From the NCBI GenBank assembly GCA_049513715.1, contig JBEKVV010000001.1, positions 192,001 to 256,000 of the forward strand: 64,000 bases of DNA, read 5' to 3'. Made by a program: the position numbers and the translations under genes. How positions within the stretch are numbered: the first letter of the stretch is position 1; each line of letters opens with the position of its first letter. The notes under the pieces were generated by a model, which was not told the DNA's origin, ran no database searches, and saw only the letters and a list, made by a program, of their open reading frames with translations. Below, one piece after another: positions 10,134 through 19,011 of the stretch. Source of the stretch: Candidatus Bathyarchaeia archaeon (lineage in GTDB: Archaea > Thermoproteota > Bathyarchaeia > 40CM-2-53-6).

Positions 10134-11852
10134 CTAAGCAATCGCAAAGACGGTAATCAGTTCGTTCTGGTACTTCTCTTGGAACGCGGTGTTGTTTTCG
10201 TATTGAGGGAAGTAATGGTTGTTTCTTGACGCGACGAGACAATGAAAGCCCAAGGTTGTGGATTTCTGAAGGACGTAGTCCGGTGAGCGAATATAGTCAC
10301 CCATGTACTGTACTCCCGTTAGGGCTGGAAGGTACTCGTAATCGGGCCAGAGACCTAGGCTGGCAACTCCAGTGCTACAGCTGCTGTGCTGCACCCAAAC
10401 CATTGAGTCGTAGACAGCGGACTGAAAGTTTCTGCCGGAAGGATTGAACGCTTGCGCTGCGATGCTCGGGAAGGTTCCTGAAACAATCAGAAGAAGAAAA
10501 ATCAACCCCGCAACCGTCCTTGCCACTTTCTGCAACCTCACGTCTTTCGAGGGGCCTAGTAGTCCGTGAGTATTTGCGAGCATGTATCCCACTAAGTACG
10601 ATGCGGGAAGCATCGCGAATAGGATGAACCTGTATTCTTGACCTGAGACAAACGCGCCGGGAACCATTAGAAGCAGCCAGAGGAAACCAAAAACCAACCC
10701 TAAGGTTGTTCGGAACTTCAACGCGAAGACGGCCGCGCAAATTAGTGCCACCACGTTAACTGGCCCGAGGAACGTGAATACGCTTCGAGCGAACTCGTTC
10801 AATGCTATTCCGGAAACCGAGGTTTCACCAAGAACGACGTACGAGCCAGCTAATCTCTGTAGGTTAGCGTGGAAACTGAAGAACGCCAAGAGGGCGAAGG
10901 CAGCGACGCCTACAGTAGAAAAAGCAGCAGCTTTGACATACACACGTGCTTCTCTCCGGTACAACTTGAAGACGAATGGGGCAGCAACCCAAAACACGGC
11001 CAAGAGGATCAGGAAACTTGAATGCATGAACGCTCCGCCAACGCCTAGGAACGTCAGCGTCAAACCTAGGGCCAAACTCGGTTGTTTCATGTAGCGAAAT
11101 GCGAGCCAGACAACGGTCAGCATAATCATATCCGACATTAGGTTAGGAAATGTTCCAATGCGGAATAGGTGAAGTGCGTCAGCAGGCATCGCGAATCCCG
11201 CGACCAATAGCGCGACGCCTGCAGCTTTGGCATCCCCCAGCACTTCGCGAGCTGATAGGAACAGAAGCGGCACGATTGAAAGCAGTCCCGCGGAAGCGAC
11301 AATTCTCAGGGCTTGAAGGGCGCCGATATTCCCGAGGCTCGCGATTGTTGCTGCAGCAAAGTGCAATCCAATCGGGAAATCCGATCTGAGGAGTACACTC
11401 CTACCGCCACCGGAGACGATAGCACTAGTGAACTGTGCATGGGTTAAGAGATCAGGCGCCTGCGCGGTTGGATAGTATGGCGCAGACCAGAATAGGCCAA
11501 AAATGAGGATTGCATAGACCAGAAAGGAAAAACCAAGAGCCCAAGACTGTATACTTACTGAAATTCGTGTGTTCTTCGAAAGTGTTGGGTGTCTCTTGAA
11601 TAGACACACTCCAATGACGGCTACTGCGCCTATGAGAGAAATCGCTGCTGAACTGAACAGATAGTGGACAGTCACAAAGGTCATGGCCGCAGTTACGAGA
11701 CTCAAGAAACAAATGCTCAGAACAAACGAAAGCACCACTTTTTCCAAGGAAGAGATTCGCTTGTGTAAACCGGAAGCGAGGATCCATGCGTAGCCAGGCA
11801 GAAGGAAATCGAAAGCTGCGAGGATTACTGTTGCGACTGTCGTACGATTCAC
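10134..11852 (-). CDS. Polytopic membrane protein, putative GT-C-fold glycosyltransferase, paralog 2
   Basis: D..THAQ, FPIGLHF, GTFPN..SD, MHSS; start moved to GTG 11852 to match paralogs and avoid overlap. Confidence 0.6.
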   Translation of the reverse strand: MNRTTVATVILAAFDFLLPGYAWILASGLHKRISSLEKVVLSFVLSICFLSLVTAAMTFVTVHYLFSSAAISLIGAVAVIGVCLFKRHPTLSKNTRISVSIQSWALGFSFLVYAILIFGLFWSAPYYPTAQAPDLLTHAQFTSAIVSGGGRSVLLRSDFPIGLHFAAATIASLGNIGALQALRIVASAGLLSIVPLLFLSAREVLGDAKAAGVALLVAGFAMPADALHLFRIGTFPNLMSDMIMLTVVWLAFRYMKQPSLALGLTLTFLGVGGAFMHSSFLILLAVFWVAAPFVFKLYRREARVYVKAAAFSTVGVAAFALLAFFSFHANLQRLAGSYVVLGETSVSGIALNEFARSVFTFLGPVNVVALICAAVFALKFRTTLGLVFGFLWLLLMVPGAFVSGQEYRFILFAMLPASYLVGYMLANTHGLLGPSKDVRLQKVARTVAGLIFLLLIVSGTFPSIAAQAFNPSGRNFQSAVYDSMVWVQHSSCSTGVASLGLWPDYEYLPALTGVQYMGDYIRSPDYVLQKSTTLGFHCLVASRNNHYFPQYENNTAFQEKYQNELITVFAIA

Positions 11853-11880
11853 CCAAGAGTCAGTTGAATCCCATGCTAGC

Positions 11881-13632
11881 TCAATTCCCAATGCCTTGCG
11901 CTTTGCCAATGATGAAGAATATTGCAACTTCTGTGTTTTGATAGCGCTCCTGAAAGGCTTGGTCGACTGCGAATGATGGAAAATTCGGGTTGCCTGTTTC
12001 CATGGCCAAACAGCCAAATCCCATCGATGCCGATTTCTGCAAAGCTTCTTTAGGTGTTGTATTTGCAGGCAGAGTGCCTGAATATTGAAGGCCGGTCAGG
12101 ACTTCGATATATCGGAAGTCGAGATCCAGGCCTAGGCTTGCAACGGATGAAGAACAGCGATTCTGTTCCAGCCACGTCATCGATGCGAAGACGTCTTGCT
12201 GATGGAGTCGGGTTGTTGGGTTGAAAGCGGCGGGAATCAGGGGCAGGAATCCCCCAAAAATCACCAGAATGATCAAAACTGCAGTTACCACGGCCTTTCG
12301 CCGAACGGGGTTCAAGTTGACTTTGGCCGGAAGCGGGATGTTTCCCACGAGGTTTCCCACAATAAATATCGCGGGAATCATAGAGAACAAAACGAACCGG
12401 TCAGTTTCTCCAGAGAAGAGACTCAGAATGGCGATAACGGCCAACCAGGAGGCTGCAAAAACAGGCCCAAGCGCTCGCCGTCTTCTCAAGAGGACTAGGA
12501 TGAAGCCAAGAACAACTGCGACTATGTTCAGCGGTTTGACGAAAAACACGATGTTGTAAGCGAGAGTCGCATAAACGACCGATATGCTCTGGAACAGTTG
12601 CGCTGTCGTGTTCCCGCCAATAAAGTTGGAAATCTGGTACGCATCGCGGATGCGTGCCATGTTTCCTCTTAGGAAGGGCAAGGCAACTATGGCTGCAGCA
12701 AGAATCCCGATCGTTGAATAGATGCACGCTCTGAGGTAGAGGTGTGACTCATGTTTTCTTCGTGACAGCAAGAATATGGGGAGTATAAGCCACAATGCGG
12801 CAAGGAATAACAGAAAACTAGAATGCATGAACACCCCTGCAAGCCCCATGAGCCCCAACGTTGCGGCGAGCGGCAGATTTGGTTCTTTCAAGTACAGGAA
12901 CAGCAGACAGACCGTTGCAAAGACGATGGCGTCTCCGACGATGTTAGGATAAGTCCCGATGAGAACGAAATGCATCGCGTCTACCGGGAGGACCAGAGCT
13001 CCGACAATAGTAGTCAGAGCGGCCAGATTCTTGTTTTCGAACAATGCATGCGCGGAAGAGGAAATGAAAACAAGAATACTGATCAACACAAGTGAAGCCA
13101 AGAGCCGAACCGATTGAAGCGCGTTTAATCCAAGAAGAGCCATCACGATGGCAGCGACAAAGTGAAAGCCAACCGGATAGTTGGCGTGAAGGAGTTCACT
13201 TCTCCCTTCTCCGTTAAGGATGCTCTGTGCAATCTGAGCATGAGCTAGGGAGTCTATTGCGGGCGTCGTTGGATAGTATGGGGTTGACCAAAATAGTCCC
13301 GAAAGAAATGCCACATAGATGCCTAGGCAGAGCAGAAGTGAAACTGAGAGATCGGCTCCATGGACGAACCTACCGAACCCTTGCCGTTGGAAGTAGACAA
13401 TAACCAAGATAATTGGCAGAATGGTGGCTCCCGCAATTGTGTAGAACAAGTAATTTCGCGTTAGCAGCGACAGAACAGCAGAGCTTAGGCTTAGCAGACA
13501 GATGCTGAAGATGAACGAAAACGCAATCGAGCCTAGGCCGCCAATGCGCTTGATCAACCCTGAGAGAAGCAACCACGCATAGCCTGGTAGAAGCAGTAGC
13601 AGAATTGCAATAGGTAAAGTAGCGAGAATCAT
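11881..13632 (-). CDS. Polytopic membrane protein, putative GT-C-fold glycosyltransferase, paralog 3
   Basis: D..AHAQ, YPVGFHF, GTYPN..GD, MHSS. Confidence 0.6.
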   Translation of the reverse strand: MILATLPIAILLLLLPGYAWLLLSGLIKRIGGLGSIAFSFIFSICLLSLSSAVLSLLTRNYLFYTIAGATILPIILVIVYFQRQGFGRFVHGADLSVSLLLCLGIYVAFLSGLFWSTPYYPTTPAIDSLAHAQIAQSILNGEGRSELLHANYPVGFHFVAAIVMALLGLNALQSVRLLASLVLISILVFISSSAHALFENKNLAALTTIVGALVLPVDAMHFVLIGTYPNIVGDAIVFATVCLLFLYLKEPNLPLAATLGLMGLAGVFMHSSFLLFLAALWLILPIFLLSRRKHESHLYLRACIYSTIGILAAAIVALPFLRGNMARIRDAYQISNFIGGNTTAQLFQSISVVYATLAYNIVFFVKPLNIVAVVLGFILVLLRRRRALGPVFAASWLAVIAILSLFSGETDRFVLFSMIPAIFIVGNLVGNIPLPAKVNLNPVRRKAVVTAVLIILVIFGGFLPLIPAAFNPTTRLHQQDVFASMTWLEQNRCSSSVASLGLDLDFRYIEVLTGLQYSGTLPANTTPKEALQKSASMGFGCLAMETGNPNFPSFAVDQAFQERYQNTEVAIFFIIGKAQGIGN

Positions 13633-13679
13633 TTTCAGGCCTCTTCAGCTCAATTCATTGGAATTGAGCCTCTCCGCGA

Positions 13680-14375
13680 TTAGTGCGCAATTGCTGTGAG
13701 ACCGAGTCTCCTGAGAATCGCAGTGTTATCGTTTTTCTTGATGGCCAAATGCGTGACTGCAAGCAACACGAACAGTCCGACAATTCGACCTTCAAATGCC
13801 AACAGGAGCCCTACATCACCAAACTGCTCCGCTTGGAGAAGAAAGCCAAGTTGTTCAACAAGTAAGAGCGCGTATCCAACGGTTACGAATCCTCCACTTG
13901 CCTTCTGTGTAAAAGCCCAATTCCGCGCCGTCTCGTAGACCAAGTAGACGACCGCTACTGCCATCACTCCACGAAGCGAAAGATTCATGCTTAATGGGAC
14001 CGCATTGAGTGCCCCCAAATTCTCAAAGCTCAAGGCGTAACCAAGCACCAGGATTGTCACGATGCTCGGGATAGCCAGTTCGATCGGATAAGATTCGCCC
14101 ACGAATTTCAATCGAGTTCGGCGCGCGTAGGTTAAAGCTATGAAGAGTAGCCCGTATGTCTGCAGGAGGAGGAACATAGCGTCGATAACGAGCCCGCCGC
14201 CGATGAACTGGAGCGTGTTTACTGCGAAGGCGATTGTCATGAGACTGAAGCCGGCTGGGATTCCAAGCAAATAGGAGACATGTGACTCTTTGCAGGGTTT
14301 CACTGTCGACTGAAGCAGACTGGCCGCAACTAACGCTGAGATCAATTGAACAGCTAGGATAAGCGCAGAGGCCAT
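13680..14375 (-). CDS. Putative 7TM membrane protein, paralog A
   Basis: About 7 hydrophobic segments; YLLGIPAGFSL, LTY.RR, RIVGLF shared with 15190-15870. Confidence 0.65.
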   Translation of the reverse strand: MASALILAVQLISALVAASLLQSTVKPCKESHVSYLLGIPAGFSLMTIAFAVNTLQFIGGGLVIDAMFLLLQTYGLLFIALTYARRTRLKFVGESYPIELAIPSIVTILVLGYALSFENLGALNAVPLSMNLSLRGVMAVAVVYLVYETARNWAFTQKASGGFVTVGYALLLVEQLGFLLQAEQFGDVGLLLAFEGRIVGLFVLLAVTHLAIKKNDNTAILRRLGLTAIAH

Positions 14376-14426
14376 GTTAACAGCACGGTACCGAGGTTTG
14401 AGTGCAGGTATCTTATCTTAATATCT

Positions 14427-15035
14427 GTGGTTTTCCGGATGAGGTTCATCGACCATGCATTTGCCATCACGGTGATGGTCTTCCTTTTGGGTGCCTTTGT
14501 AGGAGCAACATTGATTGTTTTCTCGTCGACTTTCAGAGAGTTCAGCCTTACGGTACTGCGGACTAGAATGTTGTCTCCAATGCAAACTGTGGCCCATCTC
14601 GGAGACGTTGCAGTATTCGTGGCGGTCTTCGTAAACAACTTGATTCCGACGGTCCTCTCATTCGCATACCCACTTGCGATTGCCGAGATTAATTGGACGC
14701 CCCCGCTGAGTAGGCATAGACTTCTTTTCTTCCTAAGTGCTTACACGTTTATCGCTGCTTTCCTAATTGGGTTCTTTTCCCTTGGAGCTCCACTGGCTAC
14801 TGGATGGGTTCTTGGCGGAACGAACCTCTTTCTCTCCTTGATTTCCGGAGCTCGCATTCACGGGCCGCTTGAATTCGGGTTCGTGCTACTGTGTATTGCG
14901 GAACCGCTGAGGATCTCTTGGGACCCAACGGATCGGGGAACTCTTGTGAAGCTGGTTGATGATCGTACGCTATTGTTTGTTTCGATTGCGGGGCTTTTTG
15001 TAGCTGCTGCAATTGAGGTTTTTCTTGGAATATGA
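14427..15035 (+). CDS. SpoIIM-like membrane protein
   Basis: VFVNN, HGPLE, AAAIE motifs. Confidence 0.6.
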   Translation: MVFRMRFIDHAFAITVMVFLLGAFVGATLIVFSSTFREFSLTVLRTRMLSPMQTVAHLGDVAVFVAVFVNNLIPTVLSFAYPLAIAEINWTPPLSRHRLLFFLSAYTFIAAFLIGFFSLGAPLATGWVLGGTNLFLSLISGARIHGPLEFGFVLLCIAEPLRISWDPTDRGTLVKLVDDRTLLFVSIAGLFVAAAIEVFLGI

Positions 15036-15189
15036 TCTGCGAATTTCATGCTCTGCGGTGTACGGTATCAGCGAGACAAGCAGCAGCGGGGTCCGAACTT
15101 CTGAAATATCCGCACCCTACGAATAGGTTCGGTTGTAGCCAGTATTTGATACTCTTGCGGACAAATTTAATTGATGATGAGCGTGGAGA

Positions 15190-15870
15190 GTGAGCTCCAT
15201 GGCCTATTCCCTACCGTTGCTTTTCTTCTTCGCTTGCGGGCTCCTTTCTGCATCGCTATCGTTCAGTATTGCGTACCTGATGTTCAAATCCTGGCAACTG
15301 GTTCGACTGGACTACTTGTTAGGGTTTCCAGCCGGTTTCAGCCTTCTGGCCTTGGCCTTTGTAATAGGTGACATGGCCTATGCTTTTCCTTTGGCAAGCA
15401 TTTGGAATTGGGCTAGTCTGCTTCTCGGCAGTTGGGGATTCGCATTTTTGGTGGTGACGTACTTTCGCAGGTACGGTCCAGCGGAGACGGACGAGTCACG
15501 TTCAACTGAGTTAGCATTCGGGGTAGTCGGAGTTTCCACGTTCGCTTCTCTCGGGTTCATCCTCCTTTTGTCCTCCGCGCTTCCGGATTATCTGGGCGCA
15601 GAATTGGTTTTCCGGGTAATCAACCTCGTTCTTTTGGGGTACATCATACTCAGCCTTAACCGGGCGTTGAAGGCTGAAGTTGAACTCAGCGCTGTGGTTT
15701 TAGGTTTCACATTCCTCGCAATCGAACAATCGAGTCTGTTCCTCCACACCTTGGACCGCGCGTTCGTCTGGTCGGTTATTTTCGCGCAACTGGTGAGAAT
15801 TGCGGGACTTTTCATATTGACGGTTTTCCTTGTGAGAGGATTTCAAAGTCCCGAGAGGAAGGGGACCTAG
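15190..15870 (+). CDS. Putative 7TM membrane protein, paralog B
   Basis: YLLGFPAGFSL, VTYFRR, RIAGLF; abuts the wHTH gene. Confidence 0.65.
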   Translation: MSSMAYSLPLLFFFACGLLSASLSFSIAYLMFKSWQLVRLDYLLGFPAGFSLLALAFVIGDMAYAFPLASIWNWASLLLGSWGFAFLVVTYFRRYGPAETDESRSTELAFGVVGVSTFASLGFILLLSSALPDYLGAELVFRVINLVLLGYIILSLNRALKAEVELSAVVLGFTFLAIEQSSLFLHTLDRAFVWSVIFAQLVRIAGLFILTVFLVRGFQSPERKGT

Positions 15871-15871
15871 C

Positions 15872-16153
15872 TTGCAGGAAGAGTTCAGGAAACTCCGCCG
15901 GCGTGAGCGCTCCCAAATCTTCTATGACATCTTAAACTCGATAATTGAGCAGGAATCGGAATCTCACCCGAAGATTACGAGGGTTCAAAATGACGTTCGC
16001 CTTCCGTCAGATCGGCTACGCGCGCACCTGCGTGAGATGAATGCCCTTGAGCTCGTGAAGTACGGGAAGACTTTGGCTAGCACGGAGAAGGGTAGGGCGT
16101 TTGTGGTTGAGTTTGGGAAGGTGGTTGAGGTTCTGCGTCAATTTGGGCTTTAG
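15872..16153 (+). CDS. Small archaeal winged-HTH transcriptional regulator
   Basis: RRRERSQIFYDIL..ITRV...RL..HL...TEKGRAF pattern. Confidence 0.8.
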   Translation: MQEEFRKLRRRERSQIFYDILNSIIEQESESHPKITRVQNDVRLPSDRLRAHLREMNALELVKYGKTLASTEKGRAFVVEFGKVVEVLRQFGL

Positions 16154-16740
16154 TATGCCGTATGGTATTGGCGTGTTAATGTTTATGTCCCCTCACTAAA
16201 GGTACGTTAGTTACGTGTTCCCTTTTATTTCGACTTAACTAGCTCTTCTCGTCAAATCCAGCTAATGTCTAAGCATATGGAGGTGAATTTTGATAATGTA
16301 TGTTATGAATAGGCACTTTAACAATCGTGCGGTTTCACAGGTCATCGCAGCGCTGCTCCTGATAGCAATAGCAGTCGCCGCAGCCATCTTGCTGTACGTG
16401 TTCGCCATTGGATTACTCGGTAGCCTCGGGTCTAGTGGTGGTCAACAAACGAAGGAGCAATTGATCATGGAAGCGTATAGCTTCCCCTCAACTGCCGGTG
16501 TCCTTACAATGCAAGTGAGAAACGTTGGTTCGGCGACAGTCAACGTTGGAGGGTCTGACTTCTTCATCAACGGCGTCAAAGGTACTTTAGGTGGAGTATG
16601 TGCTTCGATGACTGCGATGACAGTGGGTGGGTCATGTCAAGCCACCGTAACGTTGGCCAGTTATGCCAGTCTTTCGTCTGGTGCAGCGTATCCGTTGAAG
16701 ATTGTCACGCCTGACGGTGGAGTCTTCTCGTACTCAGTAA
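16086..16740 (+). repeat. 655-bp direct repeat, copy 1 (wHTH 3' end, pilin upstream region, pilin)
   Basis: No differences seen versus 17065-17719 (offset 979). Confidence 0.95.
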
Positions 16741-16760
16741 CCTACGGAGGCAGTAGCTAA
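16290..16760 (+). CDS. Type IV pilin, probable major pilin, copy 1
   Basis: Class III signal NNRA|VSQVIAALLLIAI; GGAGGTGA SD upstream. Confidence 0.9.
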   Translation: MIMYVMNRHFNNRAVSQVIAALLLIAIAVAAAILLYVFAIGLLGSLGSSGGQQTKEQLIMEAYSFPSTAGVLTMQVRNVGSATVNVGGSDFFINGVKGTLGGVCASMTAMTVGGSCQATVTLASYASLSSGAAYPLKIVTPDGGVFSYSVTYGGSS

Positions 16761-16770
16761 GAACTTCAAC

Positions 16771-16802
16771 GCGGGCAACACTTGCCCGCCCTACCCGTTT
16801 TT
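16771..16802 (+). terminator. Hairpin plus T-run after pilin copy 1
   Basis: GCGGGCAA-cac-TTGCCCGC followed by TTTTT. Confidence 0.5.
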
Positions 16803-16857
16803 CCGGTACAACCTTCCCAAGTTTCCTCAGTGACCCATCACATTACTGTAGAGAAAG

Positions 16858-17132
16858 TTGTGTTCAAGAAAATCCATGCTAAAGGCTAGGAAAGTTGAAG
16901 AGTGGCTGAAAACTCAGATGCAGGTGTCCGCGTCATTGTTGGGTTCTCTTGATACGAATTTTTTTGAGAACATATCCTGTAACCGGGTTGACCTCACGAA
17001 AGCTCGTCTCGATCCTTTACTCGCAATCATTGTATCGACTTGATTAGGCTCGCTGGAGGTGGAAAGAAGGGTAGGGCGTTTGTGGTTGAGTTTGGGAAGG
17101 TGGTTGAGGTTCTGCGTCAATTTGGGCTTTAG
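16858..17132 (+). pseudogene. Degenerate or chimeric wHTH upstream of pilin copy 2
   Basis: NRVDLTKARLDPLLAIIVS in one frame, then LIRL..KKGRAFVVEFGKVVEVLRQFGL* (from the repeat) in another. Confidence 0.4.
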
Positions 17133-17719
17133 TATGCCGTATGGTATTGGCGTGTTAATGTTTATGTCCCCTCACTAAAGGTACGTTAGTTACGTGTTCC
17201 CTTTTATTTCGACTTAACTAGCTCTTCTCGTCAAATCCAGCTAATGTCTAAGCATATGGAGGTGAATTTTGATAATGTATGTTATGAATAGGCACTTTAA
17301 CAATCGTGCGGTTTCACAGGTCATCGCAGCGCTGCTCCTGATAGCAATAGCAGTCGCCGCAGCCATCTTGCTGTACGTGTTCGCCATTGGATTACTCGGT
17401 AGCCTCGGGTCTAGTGGTGGTCAACAAACGAAGGAGCAATTGATCATGGAAGCGTATAGCTTCCCCTCAACTGCCGGTGTCCTTACAATGCAAGTGAGAA
17501 ACGTTGGTTCGGCGACAGTCAACGTTGGAGGGTCTGACTTCTTCATCAACGGCGTCAAAGGTACTTTAGGTGGAGTATGTGCTTCGATGACTGCGATGAC
17601 AGTGGGTGGGTCATGTCAAGCCACCGTAACGTTGGCCAGTTATGCCAGTCTTTCGTCTGGTGCAGCGTATCCGTTGAAGATTGTCACGCCTGACGGTGGA
17701 GTCTTCTCGTACTCAGTAA
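17065..17719 (+). repeat. 655-bp direct repeat, copy 2
   Basis: Matches 16086-16740. Confidence 0.95.
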
Positions 17720-17739
17720 TATACGGAGGAGCCGCCTAG
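17269..17739 (+). CDS. Type IV pilin, probable major pilin, copy 2
   Basis: Same as copy 1 except the C-terminus (IYGGAA vs TYGGSS). Confidence 0.9.
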   Translation: MIMYVMNRHFNNRAVSQVIAALLLIAIAVAAAILLYVFAIGLLGSLGSSGGQQTKEQLIMEAYSFPSTAGVLTMQVRNVGSATVNVGGSDFFINGVKGTLGGVCASMTAMTVGGSCQATVTLASYASLSSGAAYPLKIVTPDGGVFSYSVIYGGAA

Positions 17740-17963
17740 AACAGCACACCTCCTCCCTCCGCTTTTTTCTCTTCATCTATTTGCCAGGCAATCCTGCACC
17801 GTTTTCATACTCCTGAGGTAAAATGATTGGGTTTTGGAATTATCCCATCCACATTTCGGCCGCAAATGCGAACCTCATCATCAAGCTGCCAACTGGCATG
17901 AAGATTCACCCGCCTAACACGCGCAGGTTCAACTTTCTGTGTGTGAATCATGGCCGTTCCGGA

Positions 17964-18467
17964 TCAGGAACATGAGGTTCCGGGGAGGGTTTCGTTTTCA
18001 AAAACGTAGAGGTCACCGTTGAAGTGCATGGTTGGGTTGAATTGATTGGTAGGCCATTTTGATGGTTGAAGTAGCGTTCCTTTCACTTGCAGGCAAGTTC
18101 CGTTGCTAAAAGGCAGTTGTGACGGGCTGTCGCAGTAGTCTAGGGAAAATGCGCCACAATAGAAGACTAGTCGGATGGTTCCATTTTTGGAGGTTAGGTA
18201 GAAAACCGCTTCGTCGGGTGCCATGCATGGCGGGAATGCGTTCCGGCATAGCGGTGTAGCCTCAACGTACTGGTAGAGGCCATGGTAAGTGGCTCCGAGG
18301 TATCCTTGGTAAGTGGCCGTGGGGGAGTGCGTGGATGCCTCCCCGACACCCGGCACACCGGGCACGATGCCTCCTGACATCGCAGCTGAAATCAGGCCTG
18401 TGGATGCAGCTGCAACGAGCAGGATGGAGATTATCGTTAGGTAGGTTCTTCTTTTGTTGGGGCGCAT
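17964..18467 (-). CDS. Secreted or membrane-anchored Cys-containing hypothetical protein
   Basis: Basic N-terminus plus hydrophobic helix; six Cys. Confidence 0.6.
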   Translation of the reverse strand: MRPNKRRTYLTIISILLVAAASTGLISAAMSGGIVPGVPGVGEASTHSPTATYQGYLGATYHGLYQYVEATPLCRNAFPPCMAPDEAVFYLTSKNGTIRLVFYCGAFSLDYCDSPSQLPFSNGTCLQVKGTLLQPSKWPTNQFNPTMHFNGDLYVFENETLPGTSCS

Positions 18468-18780
18468 GAAGCGACACTTTGATTTGCACTGCAGTTCTCA
18501 GGCTTGGTGCTAGTTTAGCACGGGGATGTTTCTTATCCAGTTCCCAATTTGGCTGGGAATGCTTTTGTGGTTTTCTCTCAAAACGTTTTCACCCACAACA
18601 AGTTTCTTTTAGGCAGGTGCAAATGGGAAACAATAAAGGTGGACAACGCGCCTTCCAATCCGTCAACTACGTGTGTCACTTCCCCAGTCTTGCCGGAGTG
18701 ACAACATGTTAATGTCAAGTGTAGTATCCCCAATGGGGTTATGTGGTCAGTCCACACGAGAGCCCACGAGTCGGCCTAAT

Positions 18781-19011
18781 ATGGCAGATCGAAATTCAAA
18801 CCAACAGAAGATCATGCAAGTTCTAGCGGGAACCAAAATCCCGATGGATGTTGAGAACGTCAGGGAACAAACGGGGCTCAAGAACTGGGAATCCACAAAA
18901 TCGATCCTCCTTGAGATGGTCCTGCAAGGAACGATTCTCGGCCAGAGGACGACGAGGGGTTGGATTTTCTGGGTTAACCCAACAGCCATGCGAAACAAGC
19001 GGAGGATTTGA
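18781..19011 (+). CDS. Small wHTH-like protein coupled to the pilus ATPase
   Basis: KIMQVL..PMDVENVREQTGL.NWESTKSILLEM...GWIFW; stop overlaps the ATPase start. Confidence 0.6.
   Translation: MADRNSNQQKIMQVLAGTKIPMDVENVREQTGLKNWESTKSILLEMVLQGTILGQRTTRGWIFWVNPTAMRNKRRI

Noticed and set aside
11853..12017. N-terminal extension of the 627-aa ORF
   Set aside because: Overlaps the upstream paralog and has no counterpart in the other paralogs
13680..15870. Microbial rhodopsins
   Set aside because: The last helix has Arg (RI.GLF), with no DxxxK/SxxxK retinal-binding lysine
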